From Paracoccaceae bacterium (GTDB lineage Bacteria; Pseudomonadota; Alphaproteobacteria; Rhodobacterales; Rhodobacteraceae), in NCBI GenBank assembly GCA_963662705.2, contig OY759767.1, positions 1,988,833 through 2,052,832 on the forward strand: a stretch of 64,000 nt of DNA. Reading direction: 5' to 3'. Under the pieces are notes generated by a model, which made no database searches, was not told the origin of the DNA, and was given only the letters and a program-made list of their open reading frames with translations. The position numbers and the translations under genes were made by a program. Positions 47,902 to 56,126 of this stretch are shown in pieces. Within the stretch, counting starts at the first letter, position 1; the number at the start of each line of letters is the position of its first letter.

Positions 47902-49122
47902 ATGATGCCCGAGATGGAAGAAACCTTGCGCACACCGGCCCGCGATGACGGAATCGCCACTAAAGGCGATTCTGCGGGGCAAAGTGAAGACATTCCGATT
48001 TCACTTGGTGTTGAAGAAGAACTGTTTCTGATTGATCCGGAGACGCGAGACCTTGTAATCGATCCGGACATCGGAATTTTCGAAACGTGCGAACAAAACT
48101 GTGGACCGCACAAGGTCGTGCGGGAGTTCATACGGTCCCAGATTGAGACCAACACGCGGGTTTGCCGGTCCATTGCCGAATTGCGAGCCGCGATTTGCGA
48201 TCTTCGCCGGATCGTCACGCAGGCTGCAGAAGACCACGGTGTTGCCGCCATAGCGGCATCCACCCATCCGCTCGCCCGATGGCGCGAAATGGAGATCACC
48301 CCGAACGAGCGATATCACCGGTTCGCGATGACATTCCAGGAAGGGGTCAGGCGTTTCATCATCGGGGGCACGCACATCCATATCGGATTTGACGACGCGG
48401 ATACGCGCATCCGGGTCATGACCGCCATCAGGCGATATCTGCCATTGCTTCATGCACTCTCAACATCATCGCCGTTCAATGGAGGATTCGACACCGGATT
48501 CAAGTCGTACAGGCTGAGCCTGATCGGCGGATTGCCACGCACCGGAATGCCGACCCCGATGAAATCCTGGAACGAGTTCGAATCTCTGGTGTCTGCATAC
48601 AGGGAACGGTGTTTCATCGGCGACGGGAGCGAACTCTGGTGGGACATCCGCCCTTCGCACCATTTTCCCACGATTGAACTGAGAATTTGTGATGCTTGCA
48701 CACGTGTCGACGACGTGGTGAGCATTGCCGCGCTCTATGCCAGCCTTGTTCGTTGGCTCGTCCGCCTGGATCGAAAGGGTGAACTTCCGGATGAACCGCT
48801 GACGGAAATCATCATGGAAGACAGGTGGGTTGCGCAGCGTTATGGCGTGTTTGCGTTCTTTGGCGAACCGAACGCGGATTCAGGTCGCGTCGATATCCAG
48901 GACTACCTTGCCGAACTCATTGAAAAGATCGCCGATGATGCCAGTGTGCTCGGTTGCGAAGCGGAAGTTCGTCACACGCTCAAGATCGTCGAACAAGGCG
49001 CAAGTGCAGACCGACAGCTTGACCTGTACCGGATGCGGCGCCTTGAGGGTGACTCGAACGAGGAGGCGCTTCGACGCGTCGTCGACCTGCTTCAGTCAGA
49101 AACCCGGGATGGCATCGTGTAA
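47902..49122 (+). CDS. Carboxylate-amine ligase, glutamate-cysteine ligase family 2 (YbdK-like)
   Basis: LGVEEELFL and GGTHIHIGF motifs of GCS2. AAGGA SD lies 8 nt before ATG 47902. The track start is 47845. Confidence 0.83.
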   Translation: MMPEMEETLRTPARDDGIATKGDSAGQSEDIPISLGVEEELFLIDPETRDLVIDPDIGIFETCEQNCGPHKVVREFIRSQIETNTRVCRSIAELRAAICDLRRIVTQAAEDHGVAAIAASTHPLARWREMEITPNERYHRFAMTFQEGVRRFIIGGTHIHIGFDDADTRIRVMTAIRRYLPLLHALSTSSPFNGGFDTGFKSYRLSLIGGLPRTGMPTPMKSWNEFESLVSAYRERCFIGDGSELWWDIRPSHHFPTIELRICDACTRVDDVVSIAALYASLVRWLVRLDRKGELPDEPLTEIIMEDRWVAQRYGVFAFFGEPNADSGRVDIQDYLAELIEKIADDASVLGCEAEVRHTLKIVEQGASADRQLDLYRMRRLEGDSNEEALRRVVDLLQSETRDGIV

Positions 49123-49240
49123 GGTGATCCGTGTCGTCGCTGGCTGTGCGTTCGGCAACGTTCGCGGTCATTGGTGCGCATGACGTAAACGGGATGGTTC
49201 CAAAGCCCGCGGAGAAATCCAAGTACCCGATCTTCATTTG

Positions 49241-49330
49241 TGGCGGAGAGACAGGGATTCGAACCCTGGGTGGGCTCGCGCCCACAACGGTTTTCGAGAC
49301 CGCCCCGTTCGACCACTCCGGCACCTCTCC
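49241..49330 (-). tRNA. tRNA-Ser (anticodon CGA)
   Basis: The reverse complement folds as a cloverleaf. The acceptor stem is GGAGAGG/TCTCTCC, the anticodon loop is CTCGAAA, the variable arm is long, the T-arm is CAGGG-TTCGAAT-CCCTG, and CCA is encoded. Confidence 0.97.
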
Positions 49331-49391
49331 GCAGCCCTCATTTGGCACATTGCCCTAGGTCTGTCCACTACGCCCTACGTCCTGAATGCTC

Positions 49392-49443
49392 TTGCCACTG
49401 ACATGCCACCGCTGATAATGTCTGTTTTGCACACGTGTGCAAA
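49392..49443 (+). promoter_or_regulatory. Sigma70-like promoter with an overlapping 18-bp perfect palindromic operator
   Basis: TTGCCA (49392-97), 16-nt spacer, GATAAT (49414-19). Then TTTGCACACGTGTGCAAA (49426-43), a perfect palindrome with the central CG typical of LacI-family operators. It lies about 175 bp upstream of the SBP gene of an operon that contains a LacI regulator. Confidence 0.5.
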
Positions 49444-49616
49444 CTGGCTCCGTTGCCGGGGGAATCGCCCGAATGACCGATTGCCACCCGTTCGAATGCC
49501 GGACGGGCGCGCGGATTGTGGCGTTAGCCCCATGAATCCCGGGCGAAGCCGGTCCGGGACAACTACCCGGGTGTGCGATCGAATGGCACACCCGGATCCA
49601 ACAAAGGGAGGACAAT

Positions 49617-50858
49617 ATGCTTGTGAGACACCTTACCATCGCCGGGGCTGTTGCCGGGCTGATGGGCTCGGCTGCCTTTGCGGACTGCGGTCCGTCAGGA
49701 CAGTCGATACGGATCCTGGCCAGCGACTTTCCGGCGATCCACGCTGTCGCCGGAACCGCCGAGGCGAATTGTGGAGATGCGGCAGCGGAATTCGTCCGCA
49801 ACCACACTACCGAGGCCCGAGAAATCATGAACGCGGCGCTGACACCGAATCCTGCCGAGTACACCTCCGTCATCGTGGCAAACTCGACACTGACGCAGCT
49901 GATGAATGACGGCCTCGTGCGCCCGCTGAACGACTATATCGAAAAGTATGGTGCGCATCTTGAGCCGCATCAACTGATTACAATCGACGACAACGTCATG
50001 GCAGTGGCCTTCATGGCGAACTCCCAGCACCTTTTCTCGCGCTCGGACATCCTCGAAAAGGCGGGCGTGAGCGGTATTCCCGCCACCTACGAGGAAGTTC
50101 TGGCAGCGGCCGAGAAGATCCGCGCCGCAGGGATCATGGAACATCCGCTGGTCATGAACCTGAAAGTCGGATGGAACGTTGGCGAAGTCTTCAACAAGAT
50201 CTACCTTGCGCATGGTGGTGAATTCTTCCAGCCCGGTTCGGCTGAACCCGCGATCAACAACGACAAGGCAATTGCGGCTCTCAATGTCATGAAATCGCTG
50301 GCTGAATACGCACATCCAGACCACCTGACCCAGGCCTCGAACGAAACCCAAGGTCTCTGGGAAGCCGGTCAGGCGGCGCTTGGCATCATGTGGGGGTCGC
50401 GCGGTGGAGTGATCCTCGACAATGAAGGCTCAAGCGAAGAAGTAACCTCGAATACGGTTCTGTCCAGCGCACCGACCGTTGCAGGTGGCTCCATCCCTGC
50501 AGCGACGCTCTGGTGGGACGGGATCACCATTTCGACCAATGTAGGCGATGCGGAGGCCGAGGCGACATTTGCCGCGCTTGTCAGTGCGATGACGCCTGAG
50601 ATGGTCGCAGAGCACAACGACGATGCAGTCTGGCTGATCGAAGGATTCAAGCCGGGACCGGCAGCCGCTGGCGTCGCGGCGACGGCGACAGGCGGTGCAA
50701 AGTCCTACCCGATGATCCCCTACATCGGTCTCATGCACAATGCTCTCGGTGCGGAGCTGGTGGACTTCCTGAAGGGGTCCGAAAGCGCCGAACAGGCGAT
50801 CGCCGATGTCGAGGCGGCATACGTGACCGCCGCCAGGGAAGCTGGCTTCCTGAATTGA
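49617..50858 (+). CDS. CUT1 sugar ABC transporter substrate-binding protein
   Basis: Signal-like N-terminus (LTIAGAVAGLMGSAAFA) and family-1 SBP text. AGGGAGGA SD upstream. Confidence 0.85.
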   Translation: MLVRHLTIAGAVAGLMGSAAFADCGPSGQSIRILASDFPAIHAVAGTAEANCGDAAAEFVRNHTTEAREIMNAALTPNPAEYTSVIVANSTLTQLMNDGLVRPLNDYIEKYGAHLEPHQLITIDDNVMAVAFMANSQHLFSRSDILEKAGVSGIPATYEEVLAAAEKIRAAGIMEHPLVMNLKVGWNVGEVFNKIYLAHGGEFFQPGSAEPAINNDKAIAALNVMKSLAEYAHPDHLTQASNETQGLWEAGQAALGIMWGSRGGVILDNEGSSEEVTSNTVLSSAPTVAGGSIPAATLWWDGITISTNVGDAEAEATFAALVSAMTPEMVAEHNDDAVWLIEGFKPGPAAAGVAATATGGAKSYPMIPYIGLMHNALGAELVDFLKGSESAEQAIADVEAAYVTAAREAGFLN

Positions 50859-50920
50859 TCGAAGATACGGGGCGCCTTCCGGCGCCCCGTCATGCCGGTC
50901 CGCGACCCGAGACCTGACGA

Positions 50921-51952
50921 ATGCCGCACCGGACATTTTTTTGGTTCATTTTGCCGACGTTGACCGCGATGATTCTCTTCATCGCGCTACCGATCGTCTC
51001 GGTCTTCATTCAATCCTTGCACATCGAACATGAACAGGTGATCGTCGTCTCGGAAAGCTGCGGTCCGTTCGGATGTACCGAGACGACTTCGGTCGATACC
51101 GGCGCGACGGAGGAATTGCGCAGGGAACGGCCCCTCGGCCGGTTCAACGGTATTGGCACGTATACCAACCGGTCCCATCTCGCATTGGAGGAAATCAGAA
51201 AGGCTTGGGACACTGCCGGGACAATTGGTTCCTTTTTTTCGCAGATCCTGAATTTGCCCTTTTACAAGGCGCTGACTTTCACCCTGACCTACACATTCGT
51301 GGTCACTCCTTTCGTTCTGGTCCTGGGACTTGCAATCGCGGTCGGTATCAACAACCTGCCGAAGCTGCTCAAGGGGCCGACGATATTCGTCTCGCTCTTG
51401 CCGATGATGGTGACACCGCTTGTCGGTTCCCTGATCCTCTTCTGGATGGTCGACGGTGACGGGATCATCGGTGCGACGCTGCAGCTGATCTATGACGACA
51501 GTGCGCTGAGTCTCAAAGCCTCGCCCGTGCTGACGTGGACCATGCTGATCGTCTACGGCATATGGCACATCCTGCCGTTCAGCTTCATCGTTTTTTATGC
51601 CGGGCTCCAGACCGTGCCGCGCGAAACCATCGAGGCCGCGATGATCGACGGCGCAACCAAGTGGCAGCGGATGATGAATGTTGTCGTTCCGCACCTGATG
51701 CCGATCGTCATCTTTGTGACGCTCATCCTCTTGATGGATAATTTCCGCGTCTTCGAGCCGATCGTCGGGTTTTCGGCTGAAGCCCATGCCCAGTCGCTCA
51801 GCTGGATCATCTTCAAGGACCTGCGCGAAAGCGCCAATCCGCTATACAGTTCTGCCGGCGCGACCTCGATGCTGACCATTCTGGGCGTGGCTGTCCTGGT
51901 AACCCCGGTCCTGATCCGCACCTGGCGCGATTTCAGGCGGCGATCGCACTAA
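50921..51952 (+). CDS. CUT1 sugar ABC permease
   Basis: Six helices and EAA loop (RETIEAAMIDGATKWQRMMNVVVPHL). Confidence 0.85.
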   Translation: MPHRTFFWFILPTLTAMILFIALPIVSVFIQSLHIEHEQVIVVSESCGPFGCTETTSVDTGATEELRRERPLGRFNGIGTYTNRSHLALEEIRKAWDTAGTIGSFFSQILNLPFYKALTFTLTYTFVVTPFVLVLGLAIAVGINNLPKLLKGPTIFVSLLPMMVTPLVGSLILFWMVDGDGIIGATLQLIYDDSALSLKASPVLTWTMLIVYGIWHILPFSFIVFYAGLQTVPRETIEAAMIDGATKWQRMMNVVVPHLMPIVIFVTLILLMDNFRVFEPIVGFSAEAHAQSLSWIIFKDLRESANPLYSSAGATSMLTILGVAVLVTPVLIRTWRDFRRRSH

Positions 51953-51962
51953 AGGGCGGGAC

Positions 51963-52844
51963 ATGGCGACAAGGGCACAATCCCGTATCACCCCGCTGGT
52001 GGTTTTCTCGACCGCACTTGTTGCGGTCTGGCTTCTGATTGCGGCGTTCCCCTTCATCTGGACGCTTTGGGGCAGCTTTAAGGTTCAGGGGGATTTCTTT
52101 TCCCGGGCCGACTGGCGCAACGCACTGTATGGTGTCCACACCATCAGGGAGACCGGCAGCGCTTTCACGGGCGCAGGTTACTACGGTGCCTGGGTTCAGG
52201 AAGATTTCTACCGCGCGGCCCTGAACACCTGTATCGTGGTGTTTTTTACCGTCGTGATTTCGCTCACGATCGGAACGCTCGGGGGCTTCGCGCTTGCCAG
52301 GTCGGGAAGGTACTACGCCTTTTGGATCCTGATGGCGGCGCTGGTCTTCCGGGCCATGCCGCACATGACCCTGGTTTCGGGCTATCTCTTGCCTTTCTTC
52401 GAATGGAACATCTGGGGCATACTGCCAACGACCATCATCGTGCTTGTGGCGATCAACCAGCCTTTCACGCTTTGGATGCTGCACTCGTTCTTTCTGAATA
52501 TCCCGCGGGACATGGACGAAAGCGCGATGGTGGATGGTTGTACGCGCTTTCAGGCTTTCCGCTATGTCATTATCCCGGTCATGTGGCCGGGCGTCATCAC
52601 CACCGGTCTATTCAGCTTTCTCCTCGCCTACAACGACTTTGCCGTAACATCGATGCTTTTGAGTGAGCAAAACGAGACGATGATTCCGAAGATCGCGAGT
52701 TTCCTCGGCACAACCCAGGTTGAAGGCAATGTGATGTTCGCCGTCGCTGCCGTGGTTTCGGCCACCGCACCGCTTTTCATGCTTGTCCTCTTCTTTCAGC
52801 GCCAGATCGTGAGTGGCCTGATCACGGGGGCAGTCAAGGGATGA
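51963..52844 (+). CDS. CUT1 sugar ABC permease
   Basis: EAA loop (MDESAMVDGCTRFQAFRYVIIPVM) and six helices. Confidence 0.88.
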   Translation: MATRAQSRITPLVVFSTALVAVWLLIAAFPFIWTLWGSFKVQGDFFSRADWRNALYGVHTIRETGSAFTGAGYYGAWVQEDFYRAALNTCIVVFFTVVISLTIGTLGGFALARSGRYYAFWILMAALVFRAMPHMTLVSGYLLPFFEWNIWGILPTTIIVLVAINQPFTLWMLHSFFLNIPRDMDESAMVDGCTRFQAFRYVIIPVMWPGVITTGLFSFLLAYNDFAVTSMLLSEQNETMIPKIASFLGTTQVEGNVMFAVAAVVSATAPLFMLVLFFQRQIVSGLITGAVKG

Positions 52845-53893
52845 CCGACGTTCACACCCAGAATCGGATGGCGATCGATTCGCTGCGGGCGGCCCAATAC
52901 AACTGGGACGAGGCAGCGCTACGCCGCGCGCTGAGCGATCTCGCCCTGCCAGATGCGATATTCCACCTTGCCCACCCTTTCGGCGACATGGTCGGGCCGG
53001 ATACCTTCCACAATCACGCGCTCGCCTTGCTGAAAGCTGCCTGGCCCGATGTCGAGCGCCGGGACTGGATCGTCATGGCTGGCGACGACGAGCATGGTGC
53101 CGACTGGGTCGGCTGCGGCGGCCACTTCATGGGCACTTTCATTTCGCCATTCCTGGACATTCCGCCCACGGGCCATCTGGCACACATGCGGTTTCACGAG
53201 TTTTACCGGATCAAGGGCGGCAAGGTTGTCGAGTACCAGGCACTCTGGGATATCCCCGAGGTCATGATGCAGGCGAATGCATGGCCAATGGCACCATCGC
53301 TTGGGCGCGAATTCTGCATCCCCGGCCCGTCGTCGGGCGACGGTCTGATCCGCTCGCCCCGAGACGTGGAACTCAGCCAGCGAAATCGGCAACATGTCAT
53401 CGAGATGCTGGAATACATGAAATTGCATCCTTCCCGGGGCGGACCAGAGAAGATGGAGATGCCGCGATTCTGGAGCCAACGGATGAACTGGTACGGGCCG
53501 GCCGGGATTGGCACCGGGCGCGGGATCGAGGGCTTCCGAAACTGGCACCAGATCCCGTTCCTGAATGCCATGCCTGACCGCGGCTCAAAAGTCAGCGAGG
53601 TCACTTACCATTTCTTTTGCGACAACAATTTTTGTGCCGTGACCGGTTGGCCAAACATGATCCAAACCGTCACCGGTGACGGCTGGATGGGGATTGCGCC
53701 GCAAGGCAGGGAAATAACGATGCGCTCGCTCGACTTCTGGCGCATCGAAGACGGCAAGATCCGTGAGAATTGGGTAATGGTGGACTTGCTGGACGCCTAT
53801 CGCCAGCTTGGCGTCGATGTCATTGCCCGCCTTAGCGAGTTCAACAAGGCGCGAAACCTCGGCCCGATTTCACTCAAGGGTGGGCAGGCATGA
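52841..53893 (+). CDS. Tandem SnoaL/NTF2-like (ester cyclase-like) domain protein
   Basis: Each half ends with the ester-cyclase-type strand: FYRIKGGKVVEYQALWD in the first half and FWRIEDGKIRENWVMVDLLDAYRQLG in the second. The start overlaps the upstream stop (ATGA). Confidence 0.65.
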   Translation: MTDVHTQNRMAIDSLRAAQYNWDEAALRRALSDLALPDAIFHLAHPFGDMVGPDTFHNHALALLKAAWPDVERRDWIVMAGDDEHGADWVGCGGHFMGTFISPFLDIPPTGHLAHMRFHEFYRIKGGKVVEYQALWDIPEVMMQANAWPMAPSLGREFCIPGPSSGDGLIRSPRDVELSQRNRQHVIEMLEYMKLHPSRGGPEKMEMPRFWSQRMNWYGPAGIGTGRGIEGFRNWHQIPFLNAMPDRGSKVSEVTYHFFCDNNFCAVTGWPNMIQTVTGDGWMGIAPQGREITMRSLDFWRIEDGKIRENWVMVDLLDAYRQLGVDVIARLSEFNKARNLGPISLKGGQA

Positions 53894-54912
53894 AGGCGAC
53901 CAGGGTTACCTCCGCCGATGTCGCGGTACTTGCAGGCGTCAGCCGCTCGGCGGTCAGCCGCACCTTTACCCCTGGTGCATCGGCGTCGTCAGTAACGGCG
54001 GAGAAAGTCAGAATGGCGGCCGCGAAACTGGGCTATAAGCCCAATTCACTCGCACGGGCCGTGGTTTCCGGACGCAGCCGGATTGTCGGCCTCGTGGTGG
54101 CGTACCTCGACAATCAGTTCTATCCCGAGGCGCTGGAAAAGCTCTCGGTCGCGCTGCAGGAAAAGGGCTACCATGTCCTTGTTTTCATGGCTTCCCAGGC
54201 GGCCGGGAACATCGACAGCGTGGTTGAGGAAATCCTTGCCTACCAGGTCGAGGGGCTCATTCTTGCATCGGTCGCACTATCGTCTGACGTCGCAGAACGT
54301 TGCAGGGATGTTGGTGTTCCGGTCGTTCTTTTCAACCGGAGCCAGGATGTTGGCGATGTGACCGCCGTGACTTCGGCCAACGTGGCAGGCGGGCGGAAGG
54401 TGGCGGACTTTCTGCTCGCTGGCGGGCATCGCCGCATCGGTTACGTCGCCGGTTGGGAAGGCGCTTCAACGCAACGCGACCGTGAAGCCGGATTCGTCAA
54501 CCGGCTCACAGAGGCAGGTGTTTCCTTATATGCCCGGGAAGTCGGTCAATTCACGTTGGACGGTGCCGCCGGGGCGGCGCAGCGTATGTTCGACCGGCCC
54601 GACCGGCCCGAAGCCGTATTTGTGGCCAATGATCACATGGCCTTTGCGGTCATGGATGTGCTCAGATTCCAGATCGGTCTCACCGTCCCGGCGGATGTCT
54701 CGGTCGTCGGCTACGACGATGTGCCGCTATCCAGGTGGCCGACCTATGACCTGACCACGGTCAGACAGCCTGCCAATCGCATGGTGTCGGAAACGGTCGA
54801 TATACTGCTCAGACAGATTTCGGATCGGGAGTCAGAAAGCAAACGACTGGAAATCGAGGGGCCGCTCATCGTGCGGGGATCGGCTCGCGTGCCGGAGCGA
54901 TGGGCAGGATGA
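53890..54912 (+). CDS. LacI family transcriptional regulator
   Basis: HTH text VTSADVAVLAGVSRSAVSRTF and a PBP-like core. It overlaps both neighbouring genes. Confidence 0.9.
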   Translation: MKATRVTSADVAVLAGVSRSAVSRTFTPGASASSVTAEKVRMAAAKLGYKPNSLARAVVSGRSRIVGLVVAYLDNQFYPEALEKLSVALQEKGYHVLVFMASQAAGNIDSVVEEILAYQVEGLILASVALSSDVAERCRDVGVPVVLFNRSQDVGDVTAVTSANVAGGRKVADFLLAGGHRRIGYVAGWEGASTQRDREAGFVNRLTEAGVSLYAREVGQFTLDGAAGAAQRMFDRPDRPEAVFVANDHMAFAVMDVLRFQIGLTVPADVSVVGYDDVPLSRWPTYDLTTVRQPANRMVSETVDILLRQISDRESESKRLEIEGPLIVRGSARVPERWAG

Positions 54913-55901
54913 AAGGTTTTGATCCGAAATTTTCCGATTTTCCCGACTATATCATCGGAATTACCAAAGAGATCTGGGAAGACCGTCGCATAGCGACACT
55001 CAAGGATTACTATGCCCCTGATATCATCGTTCGCTCCCCGGCGTCGGTTGTCGTCGGCAACAACCAAGTCATCGCGAGTACCATGGCGACATTGGCGGAG
55101 TTTCCGGATCGCCAGCTTCTCGGCGAAGACGTCATCTGGTCAGGCACGCCCGAGACCAGCATGCTTAGTTCGCACCGTATTCTCTCGACGGCGACCCATG
55201 CGGCGGACGGCATTTACGGAAAGGTGACCGGAATCAGGCTCAGGTATCGCATCATTGCTGATTGCCATGCGATCGGGAACCAGATCAACGACGAATGGCT
55301 GATCCGGGATCAGGGGGCGATTGTCAGGCAGCTCGGCTGGACCCCGAAGGACTACGCTCATGAGATGATTGTCCGCGAAGGCGGAGCGGAGGCTTGCGTG
55401 CAACCCCTGACGCCGGCAACCGATCGGGAGGGTCCCTACACGGGCCGCGGCAACGATAATGAATGGGGTGCGCGCTATGCCGAGATCCTCACCCGTATCA
55501 TGGGCGCTGACATGGCGGCGATCCCGGCCGAATACGACCGCGCGGTTCAGGCGGAATACCCTGGTGGTGTTTCGGTAAACGGTTGGGACGCGATTGACCG
55601 TTTCTGGATGGGCCTACGCGCCAGCTTCCCGTCAGCGAAGTTCGAGATCCATCATCAGATCGGTCGTAACGACCCACTCATGGCGCCCCGTGCCGCAATT
55701 CGGTGGTCGCTGAACGGTTTCCACGAAGGAAATGGCGCGTTTGGCGCTCCGACCGGAGCGGAAGTCTATGTCTTGGGGATATCGCATGCCGAGTTCGGCA
55801 GCCTCGGTACCTCTCGACCAACCCTTCGCCGCGAATGGACACTCTTCGACGAAACCGCCATTTGGAAGCAGATCGTTTTGCAGTCGGGTCTGTTCACCTG
55901 A
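54900..55901 (+). CDS. Tandem SnoaL/NTF2-like (ester cyclase-like) domain protein, paralog-type of 52841-53893
   Basis: The first half has ITKEIWEDRRIATLKDYYAPDIIV...INDEWLIRDQGAIVRQLG. The second half has ..WDAIDRFWMGLRASFPSAKFEIHH...LRREWTLFDETAIWKQI. This is the classic SnoaL-like layout, occurring twice. Confidence 0.65.
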   Translation: MGRMKGFDPKFSDFPDYIIGITKEIWEDRRIATLKDYYAPDIIVRSPASVVVGNNQVIASTMATLAEFPDRQLLGEDVIWSGTPETSMLSSHRILSTATHAADGIYGKVTGIRLRYRIIADCHAIGNQINDEWLIRDQGAIVRQLGWTPKDYAHEMIVREGGAEACVQPLTPATDREGPYTGRGNDNEWGARYAEILTRIMGADMAAIPAEYDRAVQAEYPGGVSVNGWDAIDRFWMGLRASFPSAKFEIHHQIGRNDPLMAPRAAIRWSLNGFHEGNGAFGAPTGAEVYVLGISHAEFGSLGTSRPTLRREWTLFDETAIWKQIVLQSGLFT

Positions 55902-56126
55902 ATCCGGGATTCCCGGCATGAGTGGATTTCGGCGCGCATGTAGAGTCGCTTGCGGGGACGCCGGCGTTGCTGGCCCGCGGGGCGTCCCGATCCCCGAAGA
56001 TACCGTTGAGGTCGTCGATTCACCGAACTTGGCTGTGGGTCCGGCACGTGAAGCCCCTGGAACACGCTGCTCGTGGTCCGTGAATCCTTCTTGGACAAAT
56101 CCCTTGTCGTTCGGGAGCGAAACGTG

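Noticed and set aside
48980-49909. ORFs 48980-49348 (minus strand) and 49238-49909 (plus strand) near 49.3 kb
   Set aside because: Both read through the tRNA-Ser(CGA) gene (49241-49330) and the downstream promoter or leader. The translations are low in complexity.
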